A program made the translations under genes and the position numbers. The notes under the pieces were generated by a model. That model was not told where the DNA came from. It did no database searches and saw only the letters and a program-made list of their open reading frames with translations. This document shows positions 36,543 to 45,105 of a stretch of 64,000 nucleotides of DNA, piece after piece. The number at the start of each line of letters is the position of its first letter. Position 1 is the stretch's first letter. The DNA lies in the sequence record OR608733.1; one strand, 5' to 3'.

Positions 36543-36562
36543 AGGGGACCAGAAGGTCCCCT
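36543..36562 (-). terminator. intrinsic terminator
   Basis: AGGGGACC/GGTCCCCT stem. Confidence 0.8.
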
Positions 36563-36568
36563 ATATCG

Positions 36569-37045
36569 TTAGGCAGTAATAGCGCGGCGGAAGACTGAAT
36601 CAAACTCTTCCTGGTATGCTTTAATCAGCTTTGCAGTTTCTTCACAAATGGTATTATTACCATAAAATGCATCTGCAAAAGATTCTTGCTTACGTACTTC
36701 ACAACCGAATAGCTCAAGACCATTTTTTGCTAGCTCAACTTTGAACTTAGCTAATTCGGTCATACCAATTGGTTTGGCCCGCCCTTCTTCGATACCATTT
36801 TCTTTTAGTTTAATATTATCACATACACTGCAATGACGAACATCTTTTTGTTTGTTCTTACGGAAGTTAGGACTTGATTTAGTTTGTTTTGCAGCAATGT
36901 CCATAAAGGTTTCCCTAGAATTTTTACGAACCGCAGCTTCATGATTCTTTTTAGCTCGATTTTTCTGTTTCTTCTGAACCGGCTTCGGCTGTACACCCAG
37001 CATTGAACCAAGTTCACTCCAGGAAGAAATAGTATTGCGTGACAT
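36569..37045 (-). CDS. monocistronic early basic protein with CxxC
   Basis: K/R-rich N-half, HCSVC...C...C; AGGAG RBS; own promoter and terminator. Confidence 0.8.
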   Translation of the reverse strand: MSRNTISSWSELGSMLGVQPKPVQKKQKNRAKKNHEAAVRKNSRETFMDIAAKQTKSSPNFRKNKQKDVRHCSVCDNIKLKENGIEEGRAKPIGMTELAKFKVELAKNGLELFGCEVRKQESFADAFYGNNTICEETAKLIKAYQEEFDSVFRRAITA

Positions 37046-37084
37046 GTATTAGAATCTCCTATATATGTTGATTATATCACATTT

Positions 37085-37112
37085 GTGATATACTGTTTAA
37101 AATGCTTTGAAT
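37085..37112 (-). promoter_or_regulatory. variant early promoter (TATATCAC)
   Basis: 37075-37112 matches 11466-11503 at 36 of 38 positions. Confidence 0.75.
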
Positions 37113-37135
37113 GTATAAACCACTATGTTGGTCAA

Positions 37136-37372
37136 TCATAGATAGAATGGTTCATGAATAACAACCCGATAACGAGTGTTATATTGGTTAATTGGAAACA
37201 TATGAACAATCTTAAAATGCAGTTCAGCAACCAAATTAAAGAATTCAGCATGCATGTTATCAGTTGAAATATCAAATGAGATTGTATCATTAACTGCACA
37301 AAGTTCTGAATCAGATGCCTTTGTAATTTCAGTTAGCCGACTGACAAACTTTTCTTGGTTAGGACTAAGCAT
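37136..37372 (-). CDS. hypothetical protein
   Basis: 78-aa ORF. Confidence 0.7.
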   Translation of the reverse strand: MLSPNQEKFVSRLTEITKASDSELCAVNDTISFDISTDNMHAEFFNLVAELHFKIVHMFPINQYNTRYRVVIHEPFYL

Positions 37373-37374
37373 TA

Positions 37375-37944
37375 TTAAAGTCTCGCTGTTGTGATACCAA
37401 TTTGATTTTGATATTTACCATTACGTTTTGCATAACTAACTTCACACGGGGCATCACCTCTAAAGAACATAAACTGAGCAATACCCATATCAGCATAAAT
37501 TTTTAGAGGTAGTGTAGTGCAGTTTGCAATCTCAATAACGACTTGTCCTTTGAAACCTGGTTCAATAGGAGTGACATTAACAATTGCACCTAGTCGTGCA
37601 TAGGTTGATTTACCTGTGCAAATAGCTAGGACATCATCTGGAATATTAAACGATTCTACAGTATGACCAAGAATATAACTGTTAGGTGGAATAATACAAT
37701 AATCACCAGTCCAATCTACTAAGAATCCATCACTAGGGTCTAATGGGTCAATAACTGCACTTGTTACATTAGAAAAGATCTTAAAATTACGGGCTAGCCT
37801 TACATCGTACCCATATGAACTAAGCCCATAACTAATAATCTTTTTACCATCTTTTTCACGGACCTGGTGACCAATGAAATCCGTAATCATTGGTTCACGA
37901 CCTTTAGATAAGTCAGTGATTGTTTTATCAGATAGAATAGCCAT
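37375..37944 (-). CDS. dcd: dCTP deaminase
   Basis: ILSD, ISYGLSSYGYDVRL, TGKSTYARLG, TPIEPGFKG...EIAN, AQFMF, YQNQ. Confidence 0.95.
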   Translation of the reverse strand: MAILSDKTITDLSKGREPMITDFIGHQVREKDGKKIISYGLSSYGYDVRLARNFKIFSNVTSAVIDPLDPSDGFLVDWTGDYCIIPPNSYILGHTVESFNIPDDVLAICTGKSTYARLGAIVNVTPIEPGFKGQVVIEIANCTTLPLKIYADMGIAQFMFFRGDAPCEVSYAKRNGKYQNQIGITTARL

Positions 37945-37967
37945 TTTTAACTTTTCCTGTTAAGTAA

Positions 37968-38516
37968 TCATCCCCAGAATCGGGCGATGAAGTGAACACA
38001 CTCCATCTTTTTAGTTTCTTCCAGGAACTTGAAATAACCATCATCCACACCATTGCTCAAAAATAGCTGGCGATAGGTTTTTTCCGAAATGACTTCACCA
38101 TTAACATCTTGATCGAACATCGTTGGCTTCTGATCATAATCGAAGTTCCAGAGGTCTTCCATATTGAAGATCATTGTAAGTGGGTACCAACCATCTTCAC
38201 TATAATAGGCGTACGGTGTTAGATTGTCCTGTTTGGAATTGACAATTTGTGAAAGGCGACCTTCAAAGTTGTTCCATACTGGATGCGAGTCATCACTGAC
38301 GAGTGTACCAAATCCACAGCCTTTAAGAGTCGGTCGACAGAATCGGTTGGTATACTCATTATTATCGGTTAACCAATCCCAAAGATAATAGCAACGGCTA
38401 AAGTTAAGAGCCTCGCATGTATGCATGTCAATGAATTTAAGTACACGTGCACCATCTGAAGAACGTGTGGAACGTTTGGTAACTACAGGGAAAACATCAA
38501 TACCCATTTTAATCAT
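37968..38516 (-). CDS. conserved phage hypothetical protein (MG.D family; ATG 38507 possible)
   Basis: MGIDV...R.Y.L..WL...L..FDYD; related to 42841-43551. Confidence 0.8.
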   Translation of the reverse strand: MIKMGIDVFPVVTKRSTRSSDGARVLKFIDMHTCEALNFSRCYYLWDWLTDNNEYTNRFCRPTLKGCGFGTLVSDDSHPVWNNFEGRLSQIVNSKQDNLTPYAYYSEDGWYPLTMIFNMEDLWNFDYDQKPTMFDQDVNGEVISEKTYRQLFLSNGVDDGYFKFLEETKKMECVHFIARFWG

Positions 38517-38520
38517 CCAT

Positions 38521-38865
38521 TTAACAGAATTTTTCTTGACCAGGGATTTTACCGTCCATAACCTCTAGTACCCAACGACCAGTCATCAACTCACGTGCAA
38601 CCTCACATGCCACCCCGCCAATCTTCTCAGCTACTTTGTCCAGCAGAATTGGATGATAGTTGTGATCACCCATTACTGAGAACTTGCTTTCCCGTTCTAT
38701 TTCAGCAAGTAAATCAGTGTCAACCCATTCAACACGCCCATCTGGATAGACAATATTAAGACCATACCACTTACAATAGTTTTCGATGGTTACAACTGGA
38801 ATGTCATAAACACCTTTAAAACACAGCGGTAACTTACGATCTGAGTAATGAATACGTTCAGTCAT
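38521..38865 (-). CDS. hypothetical protein
   Basis: 114-aa ORF. Confidence 0.8.
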   Translation of the reverse strand: MTERIHYSDRKLPLCFKGVYDIPVVTIENYCKWYGLNIVYPDGRVEWVDTDLLAEIERESKFSVMGDHNYHPILLDKVAEKIGGVACEVARELMTGRWVLEVMDGKIPGQEKFC

Positions 38866-39281
38866 TTGCCATTCACCAATTCAAAATAATTTTTTAGTAG
38901 ATCTTCAGTTATTGGACGAGTATGTTCTTTAATCGATAATTCCTTACTGTCCATTTCAATTTCATATTCAGAAATTTGAAATTGCTTATGTGGCACTGAA
39001 CCATCTAACATAATGATCACATCTGCTAAGACTTGATCCACTGCACATTGCAACAAATTATTAACTTGTTGATTATCAGTAAGTGAGTAATCATTGATGG
39101 CTTTATTACGAATGTCATATAGCCTTTTACTTAAAGGAGTATTACGTTCAATATGTTCTGTTCGCCACTCTTCTAAAATCTGTTCTGTACTTAGTTTGGA
39201 TAATGACGATCCGCCAAGTTTCTTCCTAACTTCATTTTCTGAAAATGGTTTATCATGCCAGAATTGATGATCTTGTTTCAT
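38862..39281 (-). CDS. hypothetical protein
   Basis: 139-aa ORF. Confidence 0.8.
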   Translation of the reverse strand: MKQDHQFWHDKPFSENEVRKKLGGSSLSKLSTEQILEEWRTEHIERNTPLSKRLYDIRNKAINDYSLTDNQQVNNLLQCAVDQVLADVIIMLDGSVPHKQFQISEYEIEMDSKELSIKEHTRPITEDLLKNYFELVNGK

Positions 39282-39293
39282 AGTAAATCCTTT

Positions 39294-39551
39294 TTATAAT
39301 TTAGAAATAGGTTTTAATACCGTATCTTTTTCATTGAATGGATTATAAACTTTATGCGGATTAATCATCTTTAGTTGCTCATTCTTTCTTTCTAAATAAG
39401 CATCTGATGGTTTAATTGTTTTAGTTTTCCAAAAGTCATCGATTGGTTTTAACTTATCCATTTCTGACTGTTCGTTATCAAAAGGAGTTTCCCGATTTCT
39501 TAGTCGGGTCGAATTGAATAGGAGTCGTAAACTCCCGTCGTAATTCCTCAT
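39294..39551 (-). CDS. hypothetical protein
   Basis: 85-aa ORF. Confidence 0.65.
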   Translation of the reverse strand: MRNYDGSLRLLFNSTRLRNRETPFDNEQSEMDKLKPIDDFWKTKTIKPSDAYLERKNEQLKMINPHKVYNPFNEKDTVLKPISKL

Positions 39552-39667
39552 CTAAATTCTTCTCTTGAATTAATTTAGGAAAATGTTTTCTAACTGTTTT
39601 AATTGAAGCTATTAAATTGGAATAGGCTTTTTCTATGGACATTTTTATAACTCAAAATACATTATAA

Positions 39668-39691
39668 AGACAGTGGCTAAAACCACTGTCT
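39668..39691 (-). terminator. intrinsic terminator
   Basis: AGACAGTGG/CCACTGTCT stem followed by TTT. Confidence 0.75.
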
Positions 39692-39813
39692 AATTATTTC
39701 CAATAATGATCCACCTATAACTGCACTTAGAAAAAGCATCTTGAATATGGGTGGTTCTTCTTGTTCATGTTGTATGTCTGATTTATTATTTTCGCTAGTC
39801 ATTTTCTTTTACT

Positions 39814-40146
39814 CTAATACCCACCATATTCTCTAATTTTCTCACCATCCCAAAACTCATAACCAGTCATATTGTGATTAAATGGCTTTGTTTTAGTAAA
39901 CCCACTACGATAAATCCAGAAATGACCAGTGCCTCTTTTTAAGCGGCACTTATACATTTCTTTTTTCTCATATTCCGTGGGAGGGCTAATTTCTAGAACT
40001 TCAAGTTCATCACCCCGTATACAGAATAGCGCTGGTGGATGCTCACAGGATGCTTTCATACCGAGAACACCTGTTGACCAAACTGTATCACCTGGCTTAA
40101 TAACAGTGATGTCATTTGATACAGGTATTACAGGAATTGCACACAT
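39814..40146 (-). CDS. SH3-like small protein
   Basis: IKPGDTV...RGDELEVLEI; start moved to ATG 40146 (GGAG RBS). Confidence 0.7.
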   Translation of the reverse strand: MCAIPVIPVSNDITVIKPGDTVWSTGVLGMKASCEHPPALFCIRGDELEVLEISPPTEYEKKEMYKCRLKRGTGHFWIYRSGFTKTKPFNHNMTGYEFWDGEKIREYGGY

Positions 40147-40273
40147 ATTAGATGCTCCAGAGTAATTACCTCCAAAGAGCAAACACTGATATATTCATAG
40201 TCTGCTCTTTAGTAATATTTAAGAAGTTGGAATACTCATACTGGAGATAAACTAATGTCCATTTATACTAATC

Positions 40274-40876
40274 TCATTGTGTATAATAATTCTTTTTGAG
40301 ATTATCCATATCGTAAGAATCATGTTTGAACTCAAACTTCTTAGCTATCTCACTCGAAAAAGCTTGTTTACGTTTTTCTTCTTGTTCACGGATATCGTAA
40401 GGACCATTCTCTTTAACAAGATATTTTTTATACGGCCCAGTTCCTTGGATATATCCATCAGGAATAATGGTTGTGAGATATTTAGCCTCTACCAACCGGA
40501 TGCACCGTCCATAACCAACTTCATTGGCATGACGAACTTGGATTAGTTGTCTATTCTTGGCAATACGTTCAGATATGCATGGGAAGTAAACCGGATCATC
40601 TCCTTTTTTACAGTTACCCATATCAACCTTTGCGTACAGAATTTTTCTATGATTGGCTTCGAAGAAAGCCCGAGCTTCACGAATACGTTGGGACCGAATA
40701 GCTTCCTTAGTTCTGACATTCTTTAGATGTGCAGGTTGTAAAAAAGGATTCATCTTTCGCACGTGACGTTGGATAAGTTTTGTCGTGTAATGAGGTGAAT
40801 CATTAGCCATAGCCAGTAGGCTATTGTACATCTCAATCGACATGATTACTTGCTGCGGGTCATTATTGCGCTGCAT
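40274..40876 (-). CDS. hypothetical basic protein, paralog of 15527-15910
   Basis: Aligned N-terminal ~80 aa. Confidence 0.8.
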   Translation of the reverse strand: MQRNNDPQQVIMSIEMYNSLLAMANDSPHYTTKLIQRHVRKMNPFLQPAHLKNVRTKEAIRSQRIREARAFFEANHRKILYAKVDMGNCKKGDDPVYFPCISERIAKNRQLIQVRHANEVGYGRCIRLVEAKYLTTIIPDGYIQGTGPYKKYLVKENGPYDIREQEEKRKQAFSSEIAKKFEFKHDSYDMDNLKKNYYTQ

Positions 40877-40983
40877 GCTGATCTCCGTATGTGAAATAAT
40901 GCTTTACTTTAAGGTCATCAGGATTATAAATAACACGTTGGAATTCATGTTTCTTCGCTAGTTTAAAAGCAGCTTACTTTTCC

Positions 40984-42084
40984 TTAGAAACCTACACGAC
41001 TTGCTTTGCGTGGGCTACTGCAAGAACTAGTATTCAATGCTTCAGCTAAAGTAAGATTATTACCGACAAACTCAACTGGATCTAGACCATTAGCTAAACG
41101 AGCTGCATTCGCTTGTTCAGCAGTAAGTGTTTTGAAGGTAAGAATATCGAAAGCACGGCCAGGTCGAACTAAAGCTTCATCAACATCACGAAGAGTCGGA
41201 AGATTAGTAGAAATGATAATCTTGGTCTTAGTAGATACTAGACCAGCTGTAGCATTTAATAGCCCTGACATATTACTATTACCATCTACACGTTTAGCCA
41301 CCATTTTATCAGAGTCTTCTGTAATAATGAGTGAATTATCCTCAACACCACGAATAAAATTAGTCAAACCGGCGTGGCCAAGTACATCATCTTGATCAGC
41401 TAGATACACATTACGATCATTATAACCACGAGCCCGAATAATCTCATTGATATAATTAGACTTACCAGTACCAGGAGGACCAATCAATAGTAGAACATTA
41501 GATTCAGATGCAGCGAATTCAGTCCAGATTTCAGCTGGAGATCGATCTAGGAATGGATACATTTCCATCATATTTGGATTGTAGTTACGAACAGAAATAA
41601 CTTCACTAAAGCTATATAGTTCATTATTTTGATAGTTAACCCGAATTCTTTTAATACTAGGTGGACGAGTCTGATCAAATACTTCTTCAAAACGTAATTT
41701 AAATACTTTGATCAGTTCTTCATTGGAGTATAATCTAAAGTTCTGACTAGTGGTACCTTCCATTCCATTCATTAGGAAACCAATGATTCCTTCATCATCT
41801 AGTAATGCAAAACCACCACTAATTCTGAATGCTTTCAGATTTAAAGGGCTTATAACTTCATCACATAGTTTGTAAATTTGTTCTTTGATGAATTCTTTTC
41901 TATCAACTCCAAAAGGATAGTGAATACGTAGATCTTCACTATCTGAACTAATTCCCTGTTCATTAAGAGTATAGCGATATGCATTGGAAATTGCACGGCC
42001 ATTATCAACCTCCATAGCAATGGAGATAAAACGATCAATCCACTTCTGCTGGACTAACGTAAGTTTGCTATTACGATAATTCAT
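40984..42084 (-). CDS. AAA+ ATPase
   Basis: Walker A GPPGTGKS, Walker B IITEDSD, STN, Arg finger LVRPGR. Confidence 0.9.
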   Translation of the reverse strand: MNYRNSKLTLVQQKWIDRFISIAMEVDNGRAISNAYRYTLNEQGISSDSEDLRIHYPFGVDRKEFIKEQIYKLCDEVISPLNLKAFRISGGFALLDDEGIIGFLMNGMEGTTSQNFRLYSNEELIKVFKLRFEEVFDQTRPPSIKRIRVNYQNNELYSFSEVISVRNYNPNMMEMYPFLDRSPAEIWTEFAASESNVLLLIGPPGTGKSNYINEIIRARGYNDRNVYLADQDDVLGHAGLTNFIRGVEDNSLIITEDSDKMVAKRVDGNSNMSGLLNATAGLVSTKTKIIISTNLPTLRDVDEALVRPGRAFDILTFKTLTAEQANAARLANGLDPVEFVGNNLTLAEALNTSSCSSPRKASRVGF

Positions 42085-42129
42085 TTGATGTTCCTTTTCT
42101 AATTGATAATCTAATTTGAGACGATATAA

Positions 42130-42151
42130 ACCCTCCTACTAAGAGGAGGGT
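42130..42151 (-). terminator. intrinsic terminator
   Basis: ACCCTCCT/AGGAGGGT stem. Confidence 0.8.
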
Positions 42152-42187
42152 TTATTTTGGCTATTATAACTAATTCATTTGAGAAAA

Positions 42188-42841
42188 TTAATTATTATAT
42201 TCATCCATCAATTCAGGTAGACGGCTATCTCTAGGATCTAAGATTTCAGACCAATCAATTGGCATATATGGCTCATCAGATTCATTTTTATTTAACCATT
42301 CTTCTAGTCTCTTTACATCATCGGACCAGTATAGGTTATACATAGTTGGCACATTTGCATCTAATGCCAACTGCCACGCTGTATTAGTACCACCACTAAT
42401 TACAGAGGTTGGTGTCTTTTGTTCACCGTATGCAATAATAGTTGAAACAGGTTCACGTAAAGTATGGCCATGAATTTGAAATACATTACGAGTATGTAGT
42501 TCAATACCTGTTCTACCTAAACCATTGAAACTTCCCCGAGCTGCACAGGCCATTGCCATAGCTGTGGGAATGGTATCAGTATATACGGAGGCATCATGAA
42601 ACCACGCTAGATTCTCAATTCGTCTTCCAAGAAATCCATTTCGAATAATGTAAATACGACTTTCTACTGTATCCCATTTATCAGACTGAATTGCACCATA
42701 CCAACCAGCTCTATCTGATCCATATGCATCGCCTGATGAAATACCTATACCTAGATCAACAAATGTTCTTCCTGCGCGTATCATCAATTCTAGGGCCCAT
42801 GTAGGGGCATAGCGACTACCGACAATAGCTGTCATTGCCAT
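42188..42841 (-). CDS. SLOG-superfamily (DprA/Smf-like Rossmann) nucleotide-binding protein
   Basis: AIVGSR, ISSGDAYGSD, RNVFQI.G, SGGT..A..LA...P..NL. Confidence 0.75.
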   Translation of the reverse strand: MAMTAIVGSRYAPTWALELMIRAGRTFVDLGIGISSGDAYGSDRAGWYGAIQSDKWDTVESRIYIIRNGFLGRRIENLAWFHDASVYTDTIPTAMAMACAARGSFNGLGRTGIELHTRNVFQIHGHTLREPVSTIIAYGEQKTPTSVISGGTNTAWQLALDANVPTMYNLYWSDDVKRLEEWLNKNESDEPYMPIDWSEILDPRDSRLPELMDEYNN

Positions 42842-43551
42842 TATCTAACCCTCATTAGAAGACGGATATCACCGTACTTAAGAACGGCATTTCGGACTTG
42901 ATAAATAAAAGGTTTAAATTCTTTTCGCTGTTGATCAGCCGTGAGTGTATAAGTTACTTTGATAGGTTCATTAGGAACATTGCAGAAAGATAGATAACGC
43001 GATACTCGACGTAGATTACGTAGGTGATTCTTACCACATTTAGGCCCGACTCGTTGTAACCGACCGTCGATAACCTTCCAATCATAATTAGCTTTAAGGT
43101 TTAGAGAATAAAAACTTTCAGTTAAATTCTTATAATACTGTAATTGTTTTTGAGAGATTTTATTAATTTTTGGTTCATCTGTTACAAGACGTGGGCTATA
43201 CCGTGAATAGCAATCTGGTTCTGACATACGATCCCAGGACATATAAGTATATAGACTCATATATACTGTTTTAGTAACTGGTTTAAGCTCACTCATACCT
43301 TTTAGAATAGCTTCACCACTAATCCATGCATCACAGCGTGGATCATCATCATAACTACTCCACCATTCTGGTTTCTTTTTCAGATCATCAGGAACACCAT
43401 TATGGTAAGCAAATGGTTTTACATCCCAATAATTGCGAATATCAAGTAGATATGCATAAAGATCATAATTCTGTGTTAGTTCAATATCTTCGATACCAAT
43501 CCATTCATTATTTACTTTAGCTTGAGTTTCTAAATATACATAATCACCCAT
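42841..43551 (-). CDS. conserved phage hypothetical protein (MG.D family)
   Basis: MGDYVYLE...W...NYDLYAYL.DIRN...P....GVPDD. Confidence 0.8.
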   Translation of the reverse strand: MGDYVYLETQAKVNNEWIGIEDIELTQNYDLYAYLLDIRNYWDVKPFAYHNGVPDDLKKKPEWWSSYDDDPRCDAWISGEAILKGMSELKPVTKTVYMSLYTYMSWDRMSEPDCYSRYSPRLVTDEPKINKISQKQLQYYKNLTESFYSLNLKANYDWKVIDGRLQRVGPKCGKNHLRNLRRVSRYLSFCNVPNEPIKVTYTLTADQQRKEFKPFIYQVRNAVLKYGDIRLLMRVR

Positions 43552-43755
43552 TTTCTTTATTTCCTGTATTAGATTAATATAAATGTTTTATAACAACTAT
43601 TTCAATATTGAATAACGTATTATTGGTTGTTTTAATTTACTACTCAACCTGATAATGTGTAATACGTCTATCTATATATCTCTTTTCTCTGGTGAAGAGC
43701 ATTAGCATTATTCCAAGGTAGAGTCCTTATTCTATTAAACATATAAGTAAATAAT

Positions 43756-43777
43756 CCCTCCCCAATAAAGGGGAGGG
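43756..43777 (-). terminator. intrinsic terminator
   Basis: CCCTCCCC/GGGGAGGG stem. Confidence 0.75.
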
Positions 43778-43793
43778 TATATGTTATCTTAAT

Positions 43794-44195
43794 TCATGCT
43801 TTTGAAAGATCATATTTAATAGCTTCATCTTTCATAGGAGTTAATACAATAGTCACTTTTTCAAAACCATGTATATCCCTACCATTATAAGAAATATCAA
43901 TACTCTCCCAATCCTGGTTAACTACTTCAGCATGAAGAATATTTTTAATATTGATAGCATCTGTTTTATCAAACCATTTAAAAACCTTTGGGTTAAATAC
44001 AAGTTCGAAAGTAGTTTGATATGGATAGCTTTTCTGTTTAACAAGCCTACTAGATGCTAGTGATGTATTCTCAATGTTTCGAATAACATCAATCATTGCT
44101 TTACGGATAGTAAGTAATTTACTTTTCAGAACCAAATCAATAAATGCTGGATCAGTTGTCATTACTTCTTTTACAGATGGAAATGTGATTTCCAT
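43794..44195 (-). CDS. hypothetical protein
   Basis: 133-aa ORF, GAGGA RBS. Confidence 0.8.
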   Translation of the reverse strand: MEITFPSVKEVMTTDPAFIDLVLKSKLLTIRKAMIDVIRNIENTSLASSRLVKQKSYPYQTTFELVFNPKVFKWFDKTDAINIKNILHAEVVNQDWESIDISYNGRDIHGFEKVTIVLTPMKDEAIKYDLSKA

Positions 44196-44359
44196 AGCAT
44201 CCTCTTATAGGTTAATTATTAAAAGATAAATCATAATCACTTTGTCTGCGATTCGGATTAACAGGATCAGGATATTTTCCAGTTTTGATAACTTCTTTTA
44301 TAGCTCTAAAATCACGTTCTAGAAAATCTAGTTTTTTAACTAACTCTTTTTCTAATTCT

Positions 44360-44755
44360 TTATTGAGTAGTCTTCTTAATTTGCTCATCTACGTATACTC
44401 TTACAATGAACCAATTGATTAGGCCAAAACCTTTTGGTGTGATGGTAATGTCATCTTTATATCCATTTTTAGTGATTACATTACGTAATACTTTAATTGC
44501 TTCAGGTGGAATAAGATTAGCATTACCGGTAACACTATACTCGAAATAATAACCTACACCTGGTAAATAACCTGATGCAATCTGGTTAGTACCTGTGATA
44601 TTACTAACGTGTTGGAAGTCACTAAAAGCATTCTTGTAGAATAACAAAATATTAGGAATTACTTCATCCCTAATAGTAGAACTAGTAATGGCATCCGCCG
44701 ATGGAAAATAAGGTACTAATTCATCTGTTACATTGGTGCTATTAATATCGGACAT
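44360..44755 (-). CDS. hypothetical early protein
   Basis: 131-aa ORF after the promoter at 44802. Confidence 0.8.
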   Translation of the reverse strand: MSDINSTNVTDELVPYFPSADAITSSTIRDEVIPNILLFYKNAFSDFQHVSNITGTNQIASGYLPGVGYYFEYSVTGNANLIPPEAIKVLRNVITKNGYKDDITITPKGFGLINWFIVRVYVDEQIKKTTQ

Positions 44756-44801
44756 AATCTTTTCCTCATTATAAAAGGATAAATATCTTTATGGTAATCC
44801 T

Positions 44802-44833
44802 GTAATATAGATTTAAATTAATTTATAATGAAT
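44802..44833 (-). promoter_or_regulatory. phiKZ-type early promoter
   Basis: TATATTAC core with AT-rich upstream region. Confidence 0.8.
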
Positions 44834-44838
44834 GGCAT

Positions 44839-44863
44839 AAAGGAGCCCCTGGTGGGCTCCTTT
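44839..44863. terminator. terminator-like hairpin, potentially bidirectional
   Basis: AAAGGAGCCC/GGGCTCCTTT stem. Confidence 0.75.
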
Positions 44864-44875
44864 AATGTAATAGGT

Positions 44876-45038
44876 CCGACCCCTATCTAGAGGTCGGTGA
44901 GTAGCAAGGCACCGTAGTTGGGGTTCGTGTCGTTCCTGACGATACTTTAGTACCCCGGTTTATTTACGACTGGATCACCCCCTTAAAGTGCAGTGCGTTT
45001 TACGCAAACTGCCTTGCTCTATATCATTGCACTGTGCG
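44876..45038. ncRNA. candidate structured RNA or leader (function unknown)
   Basis: GC-rich intergenic tract with several stems, including a 9-bp long-range helix AGCAAGGCA(44903)/TGCCTTGCT(45010). Confidence 0.4.
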
Positions 45039-45105
45039 TATTTTTATTCGTTAGCTAATCTTATGACTTAGAGTTATATTTACATACCCCTTAAGGAAAA
45101 ATGCA

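Noticed and set aside
41006-41395. 129-aa + strand ORF, and similar antisense ORFs (e.g. 15333, 25123, 30336, 49929, 58064)
   Set aside because: They lie opposite well-supported genes, lack an RBS and have shadow-frame composition
44936-44942. CUGACGA hammerhead-like core in the structured intergenic region
   Set aside because: No matching GAAA and stem III/UH arrangement found nearby
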